From Eledone cirrhosa (Eukaryota), in the NCBI GenBank assembly GCA_964016885.1, contig OZ024745.1, forward strand, positions 106,392,001-106,456,000: a stretch of DNA of 64,000 bases, in the 5' to 3' direction. Position numbers and translations under genes: made by a program. Positions within the stretch are counted from its first letter, which is position 1; every line of letters begins with the position of its first letter. The notes under the pieces were generated by a model. That model searched no databases. It was not told where the DNA came from and worked only from the letters and a program-made list of their open reading frames with translations. This document shows positions 15,215-29,806 of this stretch, piece by piece.

Positions 15215-15230
15215 GTATGTATGTGTGTAT

Positions 15231-15271
<41 letters not shown>

Positions 15272-15550
15272 TTTGTCGAGATTTAAGAGCAAGTGAAGTG
15301 AAAACTGAATGCAACATTGGTCCATTAACTGCATTCGATTTCATCATCTTTCAACTCCAAAAGATGGCGACTGGGAGAATGATTCATGAAGTCAAATACG
15401 AAGATATTGTTTTTGATCAAACAGAAGGATTAGAATTAAAAGAAAGTTGATTTATTGGAATTTAGAAAGTTGACTGAGCTCGTGTATACACACACACACC
15501 TACACAGACATACACACACACACATGCACACATATATATATATATGTATG

Positions 15551-15647
<97 letters not shown>

Positions 15648-15746
15648 CTACATGTATATATTACTACATTGCCATGTAATAGTAAAAGACAATTTTATTC
15701 AATTCATTCATTCTATTCATCCAATTGAAAATAATACATGTTATAA

Positions 15747-15913
<167 letters not shown>

Positions 15914-16009
15914 TGTACTCAAGTTGAAGTGATGATGTATTGCTAAAAGAATTTCAGTGGATCTCTGTATGTGTGAGTTTGTAGATAAATGGAAATATAC
16001 ATATATATA

Positions 16010-16045
<36 letters not shown>

Positions 16046-16153
16046 TGTGTTTGTATGTGTGTGTGCGCGCGCGTATGTATGTGTGTTTGTGTGTGTTAAT
16101 GTACGTGATATTTACGTTGATATTTATAAGTATATGTGTGTTGATGTGTCAGA

Positions 16154-16269
<116 letters not shown>

Positions 16270-16353
16270 AGAGAGAGGGGAGAGAGAGAGTGAGTGAGAG
16301 AGGGAGATGAATATTTTGTTTATCAAGCGGTGTTTTGTATGTGAATAAAGATT

Positions 16354-16548
16354 TTGAAAGCATTCAGCTATAAATTTTGGAAACTGATGACGTAGAGCGC
16401 CATCTAGCGGATTCCAGCAAAGAGAAGGGTAAAGGAGCTCTGTTTTGATAACGATATTCGTCGTCAGTTACCCACCCTTGCTTCTGTTGGAATCCGCTAG
16501 ATGACGCTACGTCATCAGTTTCCAAAACTTATAGCTGAATGTTTTCAA
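16354..16548. mobile_element. MITE-like element with ~65-bp inverted repeats
   Basis: 16354-16418 versus 16485-16548 are imperfect reverse complements. Confidence 0.6.
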
Positions 16549-16946
16549 TTATATAGATACAGAGTGTGTAACGAAGAATTTCCCAACAGGTATAAATATA
16601 CAGAAACATATATGTAGACATATATGCATCCCACAAAATTTCCTTGTAAATTAAAAAAATTCTAAACATCTTTTAATGAATTTTGGATTTTATTGGACCT
16701 TCATGAGAGTGATTGGGTATCAAATACATATTTTATTGTGTTTGATTCGATGATATACACGTTTTCAGAGAAGTTTCCAAAAAGATCCCAAAATCGATTG
16801 AAATGTTTATCATTTTTAAAGTTTATTAAGAAAATTATAATTTCCGTCATGTATACGAGCTAATTTATTAGATGTGTGTATGCATTTATATAGGTTGGCG
16901 TTACCTCGATTATATATAATATATATTTTAGAATATTAATACTGTT

Positions 16947-17137
16947 AAGGCACATGGCTTAAAGGTTAGAACGTTGTGCCTGAAATCGTGAACTTCTGAG
17001 TTCGATAATTGCAACGAAGGCTAGAAAGAAGATACCAGTATGCATGGGGCTTCCACAAACAATCTTTCCCAGACAGCTGCTTCTGAGGGGAACTTTCTAG
17101 GTGCAAATCCCATAGTCATTTGTGAGAGAAGGGCGTC
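16947..17137 (+). mobile_element. Internally deleted CORE/V-like SINE
   Basis: Head (aggcacatggctt) and tail (aactttctaggtgcaaat) match 11691-12005. Confidence 0.55.
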
Positions 17138-17156
17138 TTTTTACTTTAGGATATAC

Positions 17157-17216
<60 letters not shown>

Positions 17217-17290
17217 TTTTTAGGCACAGTAACAAGTTACTGCTCGATGAGTAGTCCCAGTATGTATTTTGGTGTTGTACTAAGCCGAAT

Positions 17291-17351
<61 letters not shown>

Positions 17352-17380
17352 AGACATGGAATAATAATAATAATAATAAT

Positions 17381-18165
17381 ACAGACATGGAACTGGTTGA
17401 AAAGAGGAGACCTTAAAAAGGCTACAGAAAGAATGCTAATGGCTGCGCAAGAGCAGGCCCTCAAAACGAAGTGGTTGAAACACCATATTTACAAGGAGGA
17501 GGCTAGCCCACTGTGCAGGATCTGTGGAGAGAGAGAGGAGACTGTGGCTCACATTGTATCCGAGTGAAAACATCTAGCCCAGACTCACTATAAGGGCTGG
17601 AGACATGATGTGATGGGCAGGGTGATCCACTGGCACCTATGCAAAGTAAACAATTTACCACATTCTGAGAAGTGGTATGAGCATAAGCCAGAGTCGGTGA
17701 TAGAAAACGATCAGGTGAAGGTGCTGTGGGATTTTAGGATACAGGCGGACAAGAAACTGGAACACAATAGACCTGACCTGGTGGTTTTGGACAAAGAAAA
17801 AAGATCGTGCCTGATTGTGGATGTGGCCTGCCCATTCGACACGAGAGTGCAAGAGAAGGAGAGGGAGAAAATTAACGGATACCAGGACTTAAAGTGGGAG
17901 GTAAAAAGGATTTGGAACTGTCATGAAGTCAAAGTGGTCCCGATTGTCATAGGCGCACTAGGTACTATCTCAAAAAGTTTCCAGGGATGGTTAAAGAAAA
18001 TTGGCCCCGCCACGCTTTTTGGAACGCTTCAAAAGGTATGCTTGCTGGGAACAGCAAGAACCCTCCGATACGTCCTGAATATCTGAGGCTGCAGGTAGTG
18101 GTTTGATATTTCAACAAACTTTCCAGTTAACCAATATCAATGACTGAGACTCAAAGAACAATAAT
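17381..18165 (+). mobile_element. 5'-truncated R4/Dong-like non-LTR retrotransposon (CCHC knuckle plus REL endonuclease) in (TAA)n
   Basis: Frame from 17394 reads WLKRGDLK..AAQEQAL..CRIC..H..SE*(TGA 17565)..RHD..WDFRIQ..RPDLVV..VDVACP..K..Y to stop at 18086. (TAA)n on both sides. Confidence 0.88.
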
Positions 18166-18299
18166 AATAATAATGATTTCTTTCTTTCTTTATTTATTTA
18201 TTTATTTAAATAATAATAATAATAATAATAATATGGACGAGGTGTTAAATTTTCAATACATATATTGAGGTGTGACGCGCATTTCCAAAAGTCGCGTAA

Positions 18300-19260
18300 T
18301 CATTTTTGTAAAGATTTTCGTAAATAGTAAAAACAGACAGAAATAAATTTAATTAATCATTAAACGTTCCCTCAAATATTTTCATTGAAGATTTTAAAAG
18401 TTTTTCCCAAAATTTCTACAAAATTGTTTTTAGATATTTTTACAAATGCTTCGTAAAGATTTTCGTAAATATTGCAAAAAAAAAAAAAGGAAATAGGGTT
18501 AATTAATCGTGTTTTTGTCGGGTGCTCATATTTGAATTAGTGCGACTAGCCCCAAATTTTCAGTAACATTTTCCCTAAAAATTTCTAAAGAGACTTCCTA
18601 AAGTTTTCCCAAAATTTTCATAAAAACTTTCATCAAAATATTTTCTCAAATTTTCTCGAAATTTTCTCAAACATCTTTCCAAACATTTACCGAAAATCTA
18701 TAAAAGAACTTCGCAACATCTGTTAATGTTTCACCAAAATTTCAATTAGCTTTCCAAAGAATTCCATATAAATATTCATCCAAAATTCTCCATAATTTTC
18801 ATTAAAATTTTTTCAAAGTTTTTTTTATTTTTTCACCCAAATTTTCATCAAATATTTTCTATAAACTCTCACAAAATTCATTAAATTTTTACCTCAAATT
18901 TCATTAAACTTTCCCAAAAATATTTTTTGAAAATTTTTCCAGAATCTTTTATCATAAATTTTGCACAAGATTTCAATAAAACTTTTTTCCAAAATTACTG
19001 CAAAGATTTTTTCTATATATTTTTACAAATGTTCCGTAAAAATTTTCGGATATATTGAACGAACAGAAGGAAATAAGATTAATTAATTATGTTTTGTCGG
19101 GTGCTCATATTGGAATTAGTACGACTAGCTCCAAATTTTCTAAAAAGAATTCCTAAAATTTTCTCCAAATTTTATTAAAAACTTTCACCAAAACATTTTC
19201 TCACATTTTCTTGAAATTTTCTCAAAATTCTTCCCAAACATTCGCCAAATGACCCCCAAA
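18300..19260. repeat. Degenerate A/T-tract repeat with a ~580-bp-period duplication
   Basis: gtcgggtgctcatat..gaattagt.cgactagc occurs at ~18518 and ~19096; intervening sequence is rich in AAAATTTT tracts. Confidence 0.65.
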
Positions 19261-20352
19261 GATTAAATGCGGTGAGATAGTGAGAGAGGAGAATTCCTAC
19301 GTATTACAAATTATACTAATCTAGAAAAGTGACAGTAATCTGAAATAAAGTTACAATTATTTCTCCATGGTTCGAAATATGTCATATTTATCAGGGTAAA
19401 TAATCTTATCTGTATTAATACATATTTTACCAGTTCCTGGTAAAATGAAATTTGTGTGATTAGAAATTAAGAAATATCTTATATCCATAAATATTAGATG
19501 TCTCCCCCATTTCTTTCACTCTCTCTCCCTCTCTCGTGCTATCGCTCTCTTCCCCTCTCGCGCCATCTCTCTCTTCCCCTCGCGCTATATATATATATCG
19601 CTCTATCGGTTTATATGCTCGATATAAATAATGATATGCGACTGATTACAACTAAAAACTGTTCTTTTATCCACTATTTTACTTCTCACAGTACATTTCA
19701 CATAGTTTATTCTATTCACGCGATGCTTTCATTCATAGGCACACTTCATAAAAATCACTTACTTTCCGTATATTTTGCAGCCCACTAAATCCCTCATTTT
19801 TCTTAACTTTTAGTTAACACAATAATTTACATATACCATGTTTCGTTCTTGGCATCACAACGGCGAATCACTAGGATCTCTTGAGAAAAGACTTGATTTT
19901 GAAATTTTGCGTTATATCATAATCGATTAACACAATACTAGTACGTAGCCGGTAGTTATTTTAATATTTCTGGAAAGAAGAATGTTAAAGTCTACCTCAA
20001 CAGAATTTTCATTTACACCAGCAAAATATAGGGCAAAATATGGTAAGAAAAATAGTTAGTGTTGAAATTAAAGCTTCGCCATATTTTGTAACGTTTATTT
20101 ACTTCGTTTTTCATCCAAGGAGGTGTTAAAGAACTCATCAAAATATAATCTAAATCACTTTATTGTCCACTACATGTCTAAATAAAATAAAATAAAAAAA
20201 TATGCGCTTATATTTTCAATGATTAAATGCTTGCAATTGTATATACGATATACGTCATCTTAGGAAATGCTCGCTGAATGAATGAACATATTTCTCACTC
20301 ACAAGTAAAACTTAATAAACATATATTATTTACTTTACTACTACTACTACTA

Positions 20353-20385
<33 letters not shown>

Positions 20386-20424
20386 GTTGCTGCTACTGCT
20401 TTTGCTACGACTAATAATAATATT

Positions 20425-20722
20425 AATAATTGTTTCTACCTTTGGAACAAGGCCAGCAATTACCCAGTGCACTACTGGTACTTTATTTTATCGACCCCGT
20501 AAGGATGAAAGGCAAAGTTAACCTCGGCGGGATTTGAACTCAGTCCGTGAAGGAACGTAATTCTATGATGGAAAGCATGGCGTCCGACTCTCTAACGATA
20601 CTGCCAATCCACCGCCCTAATAATAAAAAAGTACCAATCACGCACTGGGGATCGATTTAATTGACTTTCCCCTCCCCGAAAATTGCTGGCCTTGTGCCTA
20701 AGTCAGAAACCATTATTATTAT
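20425..20722. mobile_element. Meta-like SINE (20425-20617, minus) plus long-form tail fragment (20628-20722, plus)
   Basis: Direct similarity to the other SINE copies. Confidence 0.85.
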
Positions 20723-21024
20723 TGGCGACCTACGTAGGAAATCGTATTAACGTGAGCTCCGCAAAGGTTTGTTGTTTTCAGTTGTTTCAAATTGCCAGTT
20801 ATGGAAAATGTGTGTTGTTAAGTGTTTATAAGTTCACATATATTGCTTTCTGAAAGGACACTCAAAAATACTGGGGCCTTGAGCCCAAAATTTAAACTTT
20901 TATAATTATCAAACAAAAACTTTCTTTGAAAAAAACATGGACGGCTCTCAGCCACACAAAGCTGACAGCCTTCCTCACAAACTAACACTTTTGCTGACTT
21001 GTGGGTTTATGTCGAACACCTGCT

Positions 21025-21600
21025 GTCACATGTAGGACGGATCCGGCTATCAGCTGAGTCTATCGTGAGTATTGCCCCGCCCTCTTCCTTTAGCCGGGAA
21101 GGGCAGGCAGTTTTTATCTGTCTGGTGGCCATGGCGAAATAGATAGCATGGTGGACGCGTTTGAAAGGGCTGAAGACGAGCACTTACCTCTTCGGTGATG
21201 CCCTGATTAACTTTTTCAAATTTCATTTGAAAAGGAAAATCAGGGTAGAGAGGGAAGTGCTCTCTTCCCAGCATTTTGTTGAAAGATGGGTGAGAGAAGC
21301 AAGAATGGCCCGAGTGAATGGGCCTACTCTGAGTATGTGTCTGTAAATTAAAGGTGGAAAACTGGGAGAGGGCACTTTCCCTGGTGGTCAGGGTCACTGT
21401 GGCCTTTTAATGGGCTTTCTCCACAAATGTCCCTCGGAAGTCTCCCTCCTATTGGGGAATTTTTCATTGTTATTTTTTTGTTACATCCTCTGTTTTTGTT
21501 TTTTACAAGCAGAAATGCCAATTTGTACCGTCCTGTATTGTCCTGTACTGTCCTTAATGTCTACTTTATGTAAACCCTTGTGGTTAATAAAGAAAGCATT
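21025..21600 (+). mobile_element. 3' fragment of a non-LTR retrotransposon (possibly L1/Tx1-like C-terminus plus UTR)
   Basis: GC-richer block reading ..LVAMAK*IAWWTRLKG..FFKFHLKRKIRVE..FVERW..; AATAAA at ~21586, then (TAA)n. Confidence 0.5.
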
Positions 21601-21609
21601 ATAGAAAAA

Positions 21610-21657
<48 letters not shown>

Positions 21658-22038
21658 TAACTGTTGGTTAATATATATATGTGCGTGTGTCTGTGTACCT
21701 GTGTTTATATATCGTAAAATTTTAGTTACTTTATAAAAAAAAAGAGACCGGATGCAGGTGGAGACCATATTTCTTTCGCAAGTCAGCGCCACCTGGCAAG
21801 TATAAGTGTGCACTTCTTGGATGCTTATTCTGCCAGCACTTGTGACGTACATCCTGTGGCAGTATGATTGATGCACTCTGTTCATACCCACACCACATCA
21901 CAAAGTTTCTCCGTCAGATTAATTCTACGCATATTTCAGTCATTTTCATTTTCCCGTTGTTTTTTTGTTGAATTCAGTTGATTTTTATCTATTTTCTGAC
22001 ATCCTGATTCATCATGAATATATATATATATATATACA

Positions 22039-22189
<151 letters not shown>

Positions 22190-22190
22190 A

Positions 22191-22339
<149 letters not shown>

Positions 22340-22413
22340 GTATACACACGCACGTGGTGATGATTTCTAAAGAATGAAACAGTTCTAGTCCTGTAGAATC
22401 TCATCTATATTAA

Positions 22414-22454
<41 letters not shown>

Positions 22455-23294
22455 ACGTGCGCGTGTATACGTGTGTATTTATACATCTTTATTTGCAATA
22501 AATGTTTGCATGAAGCTGCGTTTGTTACTGTATGTGTTTACGAAAATTATACTTTAAATAAATATTTACGCATTTCAAGCGTTTTTCTTTTTTCTGTTTG
22601 TGAGGCAACATTAATTTATTTATATTATTGTAGGTAATTTGTTTTTCTTTGTATCGTTGTATATTTGGGAAGACGTTAACTGTGGTGTTGCTATTGGTGA
22701 TCATGATGATTATTATGATCAAGAAGATGAGGACGATGACGAGGCTAGGGAAATGTGTAGCACTATTGCTTCTGTTGCTATTAGGTCTGTCTACAATTAA
22801 TTTTTGTCACACATTTCGTTTTTCGTCGCTTTTGCTATCTGCCTTAATGTATCTGACATCTGTGTTTTTTATACTTCTACTTTGGGAGAATTGCCCACCA
22901 TTAGCCGATATATGTGTTTCGACAAACAGCTGAAAGCTGAGGGCAGGGGATTATCATGATAAAGGGAGAAGTGTGTGAGAGAGGGGGGGGGCTGAAAAGA
23001 GAAGGAGTGTGTGAAGGGGGGGGGGGGGCTGAAAAGAGACGGAGTGAGACAGAAAGTGAAGAAAAAACAATAACAGTAGCAAAAATAAGGCAAAACATAC
23101 GAAACATGCAAACGGAAAACAAAATAAATTCAATTCCAATTTGAAACTGAGGTTTCAATTTGTTCATTTCTATAATGGCTACTATTTCGTATGGAACAAA
23201 CTGGTGTAAAAATAAAATATTCGAATTGTATTGATGTGCGAAAGATTAAATCACTAACAATACCAAATATCTCTATATATATATATATATATAC

Positions 23295-23333
<39 letters not shown>

Positions 23334-23337
23334 CACA

Positions 23338-23510
<173 letters not shown>

Positions 23511-23827
23511 ATGTGTGTGAGTGAGTGTGTGTGTATGCATATGTATATGTATGTATACATATATATATATATATGCACATATACATATATGTACGTGTGT
23601 GTTTGTATGGGTGTGTGTGTGCGTATAATGCATCTTATACTTTATTATTTAAAAATTAATTCTAAATCACTTTTAGCAGTCAAAAATGTCATCATCTCGC
23701 TCTATAGATATGTTTCTAATTAGAATTGATACCAACTTTGCGGTTAGTTTGAACTGTGACCGACGTAATTAATTCTAAATTTCAATGTGTGTACTGTACT
23801 GTTGTAATTTAAATTTTTATATAAAGC

Positions 23828-23884
<57 letters not shown>

Positions 23885-24135
23885 CACAAGACTATATATT
23901 TTTAAATTTTCAACACATATATTCACTTTCAAGCAAGATGTCGCATAAATTGTGGCGCCAATAATAATTGAATTGAAAAAATTGAACATGTATTTTGAAT
24001 GTTACAGTAAAAAAAATGTTCAATCATGGCTGATAATTGTCCACAATAGTATATTCTAATATCAATATCAATCCATGTATGTATGTATGCATGTATGTAT
24101 GTATATATATATATATATACGCATATATATATATA

Positions 24136-24194
<59 letters not shown>

Positions 24195-24221
24195 ATATGT
24201 ATATATATATATATATATATA

Positions 24222-24316
<95 letters not shown>

Positions 24317-24426
24317 ATATGTATATGTATATTTGTATATATATATATATGTATATATATATTTGTATATATATATATATATATATTTGTATATATATAT
24401 ATAGGCGTATATGTGTGTGTGTGTGC

Positions 24427-24464
<38 letters not shown>

Positions 24465-24769
24465 TACTGATGTGTATGTTACACATTTGTTCATTAAGTG
24501 TCTATATCCAACTGTCATTCAACAGAATGCGACTCCGAATCTCAGAGACAGCATACGTTTATTGGTATTCGGAATGCAAAAGCAATAATAAATTATAAAA
24601 AAAAGTATACGGTTATCGATAATGGGAGAAAAAAGAATTCCAGTCAGATATTGCAAGCATTGATAATGTGCAAATAATTACTAGAAGATAAAAAGGAAAA
24701 TGAAGCAGAAAACAGAAATGTAAACAATAAAAAACGTCTTTGAAGGATTTTTATTTTGAAGAGGGTGAG

Positions 24770-24980
24770 ATAACATACCAGATTGACCATAACGCACCAA
24801 ATTACTCAATACTTAGAGTAGTAGAGTGGGTATATGAAAAGAGTCAGGAAACAGACGGCAGAGTTCCGGCCGTTTAGACAGCTTGATTCGAACTAAGCCA
24901 CCGTTTTAATAATGGTGGGTTAGTTCAAATCTAGATGTCGAAACGGCAGTCGCTGAACCGTCTGGGCCCGGACTCTTTTC

Positions 24981-24983
<3 letters not shown>
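24770..24983 (-). mobile_element. Fold-back family C, diverged copy
   Basis: Tail gaccataacgcacc..tactcaatactta..gtagagtgggt plus imperfect hairpin ending ttttccta. Confidence 0.65.
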
Positions 24984-25047
<64 letters not shown>

Positions 25048-25089
25048 CACACACACTCACGCACACACACACATATATATATATATATG

Positions 25090-28000
25090 ACATTAAATCT
25101 AACACTAAACCAAAACCTAACCCTAAACCTAAACCTATCACTAACCCAAACACTAAACCTAATCCTAAACTTAAGCAAAACACTAACATTAGACCTAACC
25201 CTAACCATAACCCTAAACCTAATCCTGGCCCTAACCCTAACACTAACACTCACATTAACGCTAACCGTAAACCTAACCCCAACACTAACTCTTAACGCTA
25301 ACCCTAACTCTAACCCTAACCCTAACCCAATCCATAACCCTAAACCGAAACCTAACACTAACTTTAACCCTAACACTAAACCTAACCCTAAACGTGAACC
25401 TAACAATAGCTTTAAACCTAACCCTAACGCTAATCCTAACCCTACTGCTAACCTTAACGCTAATCCTAACCCTAAGCCTAACCCTAACGCTAACACTGAC
25501 CGTAACCATAAACCTAACCCTAACCTTTAAACCTAAACCTAACACTAGCTCTAAACCTAAACCTAACCTTAACATTAAAACTAACCCTAACGCTAACCCT
25601 AACCCAAAAGTTGACCCTATCGCTAACCCTAACCATAACTCTAACCATAACCCTAACCTTAAAGCTAACCCTAACCGTAACCCTAACTCTAGCCCTAACC
25701 CTAACCCTAAACATAACCCTAACCCTAACCATAAACTTAAATATAAACCTAAATCCAACTCTAACCCTAACCTTAAACCTAACCCTAGCCCTAACGCTAG
25801 CCCTACACTAACCCTAACCCTAAACGTAACCTAAACCTAACCCTACCCTTAATCCTAACACTAAACCTCACCCTAACCCTAACCTTAAACCTAACCATAA
25901 TCCTAACACTTAGCTTAACAGTAACCCTATCCCAAACGGTAACGCTAACCCTAACCCAAACACTAACCCTATCCATACGCTAACCCTAACCCTAAACCTA
26001 ACCCTATCCCTAACCCTAAACCTAACCCTAATCCTAAACCTAAACCTAACGCTAAACCATATGCTAACCTTATCCCTATCTTTAACCCTAACACTAAATC
26101 TAACCCTAACCCTAACGCTAAGCCTAATCCTAACCCTGATCCTAACCCTAACCCTAAACTTAACCCTAACACTAATCCTAACAGTTAGTCTAACAGTAAC
26201 CCTATTCCTAACGTGAACCATAACCCTAACCCTAACCCTAAACCTAACCCTATCTATAACGCTAACAATAACCCTTACACTATCCCTAACCCTAACCCCA
26301 CCGCTAACCCTAACACTATCTCTAACGCTAACCCTAAGTCTAAACATAACCATAAACTTAACCCTAACCCTAACCCCAACGCTAACCCTAAACCTAACCC
26401 TAACCCTAACATTAACTCTAACCCTGACCCTAACTGTAAACCGAACCCTAACCGTAATCCTAACCCTAACCTAACGCTAACACTAACCCCACCGCTAACC
26501 TTAACACTAATTCTAACGCTAACCCTAACTTTAAACATAACCCTAAACTTAACCGTGACCCAAACCCTAACCTCAAACATAACCCTAACACTAACACTAA
26601 ACCGAGCCCTAAAACTAACATTAACGTAAACATAACGCTAACCCTAAACCTTACCCTAATCCAAACCCTAACACTAACCCTAACGCTAACCGTAATCCTG
26701 AACCTGACGTTGACCGTAACCCAAACCCTAACCCTAACACTAATCCTAACGGTAACCCTAACCCTAACCCTATATCTAACACTAAACTTAAATCTAACCC
26801 CAAGCATAACCCTAACGCTAAACCTAACGCTATAAATAACCCTAACCCTATGCCTAACCATAACCCTCACCAAAACCCTAACCATAACCCTAACCCTAAC
26901 GCTAACCCTAACCGTAACACTGAGCCTAACCGTAACCATAACCCTAACTCTAAACCTAACCCTAAACTTAACGCTAACCCTAACCACACCGCTAAACCGA
27001 ACCCTATCTCTAGCCCTAACCCTAAGTCTAAATCTTACCCTAAAAATAACTCTGACCCTCAACCTAACCATAACCATGACGATAACCCTAATCCTAACAC
27101 TAGCCCTAAACCTAAACCTAACCTTAACAATAAAGCTAACCCTAACGCTAACCCTAACCGAAAATTTGACCCTATCGCTATCCCTAACCCTAACCCTAAC
27201 CGTAACTCTAACTCTAGCCTTAACCCTAATCCTAAACATAACCCTAACTCTAACCCTAACCCTAAACCTAAATATAAACCTAACTCTAACTCTGAACCTA
27301 ACCCTAAACCTAACCCTAACCCTAACGTTAACCCTACCCAAACCCTAACCCTAAACCTAACCTAAACCTAACCCTACCATTAATCCTAACACTAAACTTA
27401 ACCCTAAACCTAATCTTAACACTAACCCTAATGCTAACACTTAGCCTAACATTAAGCCTATCCCTAACGTTAACGCTAACCCTAACCTAAACCCTAACGC
27501 TAACCATAAGGCTAAACTTAACGCTAATCCTATCCCTAACCATAACCCTAACCATAACCCTAACCCTAAACCTAACATTAACCTAAACATAACGCTAACC
27601 CTAAACCTTACCCTAAGCCTAACCCTAACACTAACCCTAACCGTAATCCTGACCCTGTCGTTGACACTAACCCAAACACTAACCCTAACACTAAACCTAA
27701 ACCTAACCCTAACCATATATCTAACCCTAACCTTAAATCTAACCCCAAACATAACCCTAACGCTAAACCTAACGCTATAAATAACACTAACCCTAACCCT
27801 AACCCTAACCCTAGCCCTAGCCCTAACCCTAATCCTAACCCTGATCCTAACCCTAATCCTAAACTTAACCCTAACACTAATCCTAACACTTGGCCTAACG
27901 CGAACCCTAACCCTAACCCTAACCCTAACCCTATCCATAACGCTAACGCTAACCCTAACACTATCCCTAACCCTAACCTTAACCCTAAACCTAAACTTAA

Positions 28001-28400
28001 ATCTAACGCTAAATCATACCCTAATCCAAACCATAACCCTAACACTAACGCTAACCCTAAGGTTAATCCTAAGCCTAACCCTAACCCTAAACGTAATCCT
28101 GACCCTAACGCTAACCCTGACCCAAACCCTAACCCTAACCCTAACCCTAAAACTAACCCTAACGTTAAATCTGACCCCAACCATAACCCTAACGCTAACC
28201 CGAACCCTAACCCTAACCCTAAACCTAACCGTAATCCTGATTCTAACGCTAACCCTAACCCCCAAAAAACCGTAACCCTAACCCTAACTCTAACCCTAAA
28301 CCTAACCCTAACCCTACCCCAAACCTTATATCTAACCCTAACATTAAATCTGATCACAAACATAACCCTAACTCTAACCTTAACGCTCACCCTAACGCTA
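25090..28400 (+). repeat. Degenerate interstitial telomere-like (CCCTAA)n array with higher-order duplications
   Basis: Hexamer array of CCCTAA with ACCTAA, CGCTAA, CACTAA and CCATAA variants; rare variant blocks recur at ~1555-bp and ~950-bp spacing. Confidence 0.92.
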
Positions 28401-28751
28401 ACAATATGTTGAAAAGGTAACACACTAGAGAGATATAGTGCGCCATCAATAAAACAGAGGTGGACGCTTTAGATTCTCTTAGAGTTGTCTGGAATGTATA
28501 GCCTTACACACACTGATAAACCATGGGCTACTTCTTTTCAGTCAACAACTTCCTGGCGAAACAGAGCTCTTTGGATTTGTACGTGTGTTATATAGTTATA
28601 GAGGTGCGTATTTACACTTTAGTTTATATTTTTAATTATCGTGTGTCTACCCTGCCTTTCATAGGTTATAGATTCCATATACTGGTAGTGTTCCCTGTTT
28701 TATTGATGGCGCACTATCTCTCTATAGTGTGTTACCTTTTCAACAGATTGT
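28401..28751 (+). mobile_element. Fold-back element (57-bp inverted ends) with degenerate hammerhead at 28506-28588
   Basis: 28401-28457 versus 28695-28751 inverted; internal acacac-a-CTGATAA...GAAA-cag...tg-TA-c-gtgtgt. Confidence 0.55.
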
Positions 28752-28780
28752 ATTTTATACATATATATATATATTATATA

Positions 28781-28822
<42 letters not shown>

Positions 28823-29129
28823 TCGCATGTGTATATATACATGTAGATATGATACATAAAATAAAATCGTAATTGACAATATACACAGAAATTGAACGAA
28901 GACTGCGTTACACTGTCTTATATAATCAGTAACGTAATCCATGATACGTTAAAAAAAGACGATATTATATATAAACTACATTAGGAGAAAATTAATGACA
29001 GAAAATTAGTATGTTTATTTAAGCGATCGCCACCGGAAGTGTTGACATTTGAAAATTTTAAAGAAGTGAATCTTTAAATAAATAATAAAATATATTTAAT
29101 GAACAGCAACGAAATTTAGTAGATAAATT

Positions 29130-29757
29130 ATGTACTTACTTGTACTTGTACTTGTGTCGACATTCACCCTGGACGGGTTGAGCCGGCTTCTTCTCTTCCC
29201 TTGTCCTGACGGCATCCCGAACCATGGCAGCCCACGCACGACGGTCCCGGGCTAGGTCACTGTAGATAGCGAGCCAGTCACGGTTCCATCGGTGCAGGCC
29301 GAACACCTGCGGACCTGAGAGTTCGGAGAGGTCCTCCCTGATCGTCGTTGCCCAGGTCTTCAGCTGCTCGCCAACGCGCTTGCGCCAGTTAGGGAGTGGA
29401 GGTGGGAGGAGAACATCGCGGATCAGCTCACCCTCAGGGCACTGGGCCGCGTGACCAAACCGTCTCAAGCGCCGTTGCAGAAGCACTGAAGGAAGAGGTC
29501 GAAGATTCAGGGGAAGACGAAGACTGGTGGTAGGTACCCGATCAACGCGTCGGCAGCGAAGAATGCGGCGGCGACAGTCATTGTCGAAGACCTCCAGCCC
29601 TCGTTGATCGACTACACTCATAGGCCATGTTTCACAGCCATAGAGGAGGATAGTGCGAACGACGGCCTGGTAGATTCACCCTTTGGTCGCCGAGGGGATC
29701 TCTCTTCTGTCCCACAGACACCGCTGGAGTCGCCCAAAAGCGGATCTGGCAGCACCT
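29130..29757 (-). mobile_element. 5'-truncated RTE-clade LINE (C-terminal region)
   Basis: Minus strand reads ARSAFGRL..W..YQAVVRTILLYGCETW..RRLRRFGH..KTW..W..LARDRRAW; 3' (TACAAG)n tail. Confidence 0.88.
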
Positions 29758-29806
29758 ATGAGACGTTATATAAATTATGTAATATTCATTCATTATTTAT
29801 TCAAAG

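Noticed and set aside
15364-15450. Short ORF MATGRMIHEVKYEDIVFDQTEGLELKES
   Set aside because: Too short, no convincing donor site, no recognisable homology.
16384-16390. CTGATGA in the 16354-16548 inverted repeat
   Set aside because: No downstream GAAA or stem III geometry.
25087-28423. Long LGLG/VRVR/PNPN ORFs, or a true chromosome end
   Set aside because: Hexamer-repeat translations; the array is degenerate and flanked on both sides by ordinary sequence.
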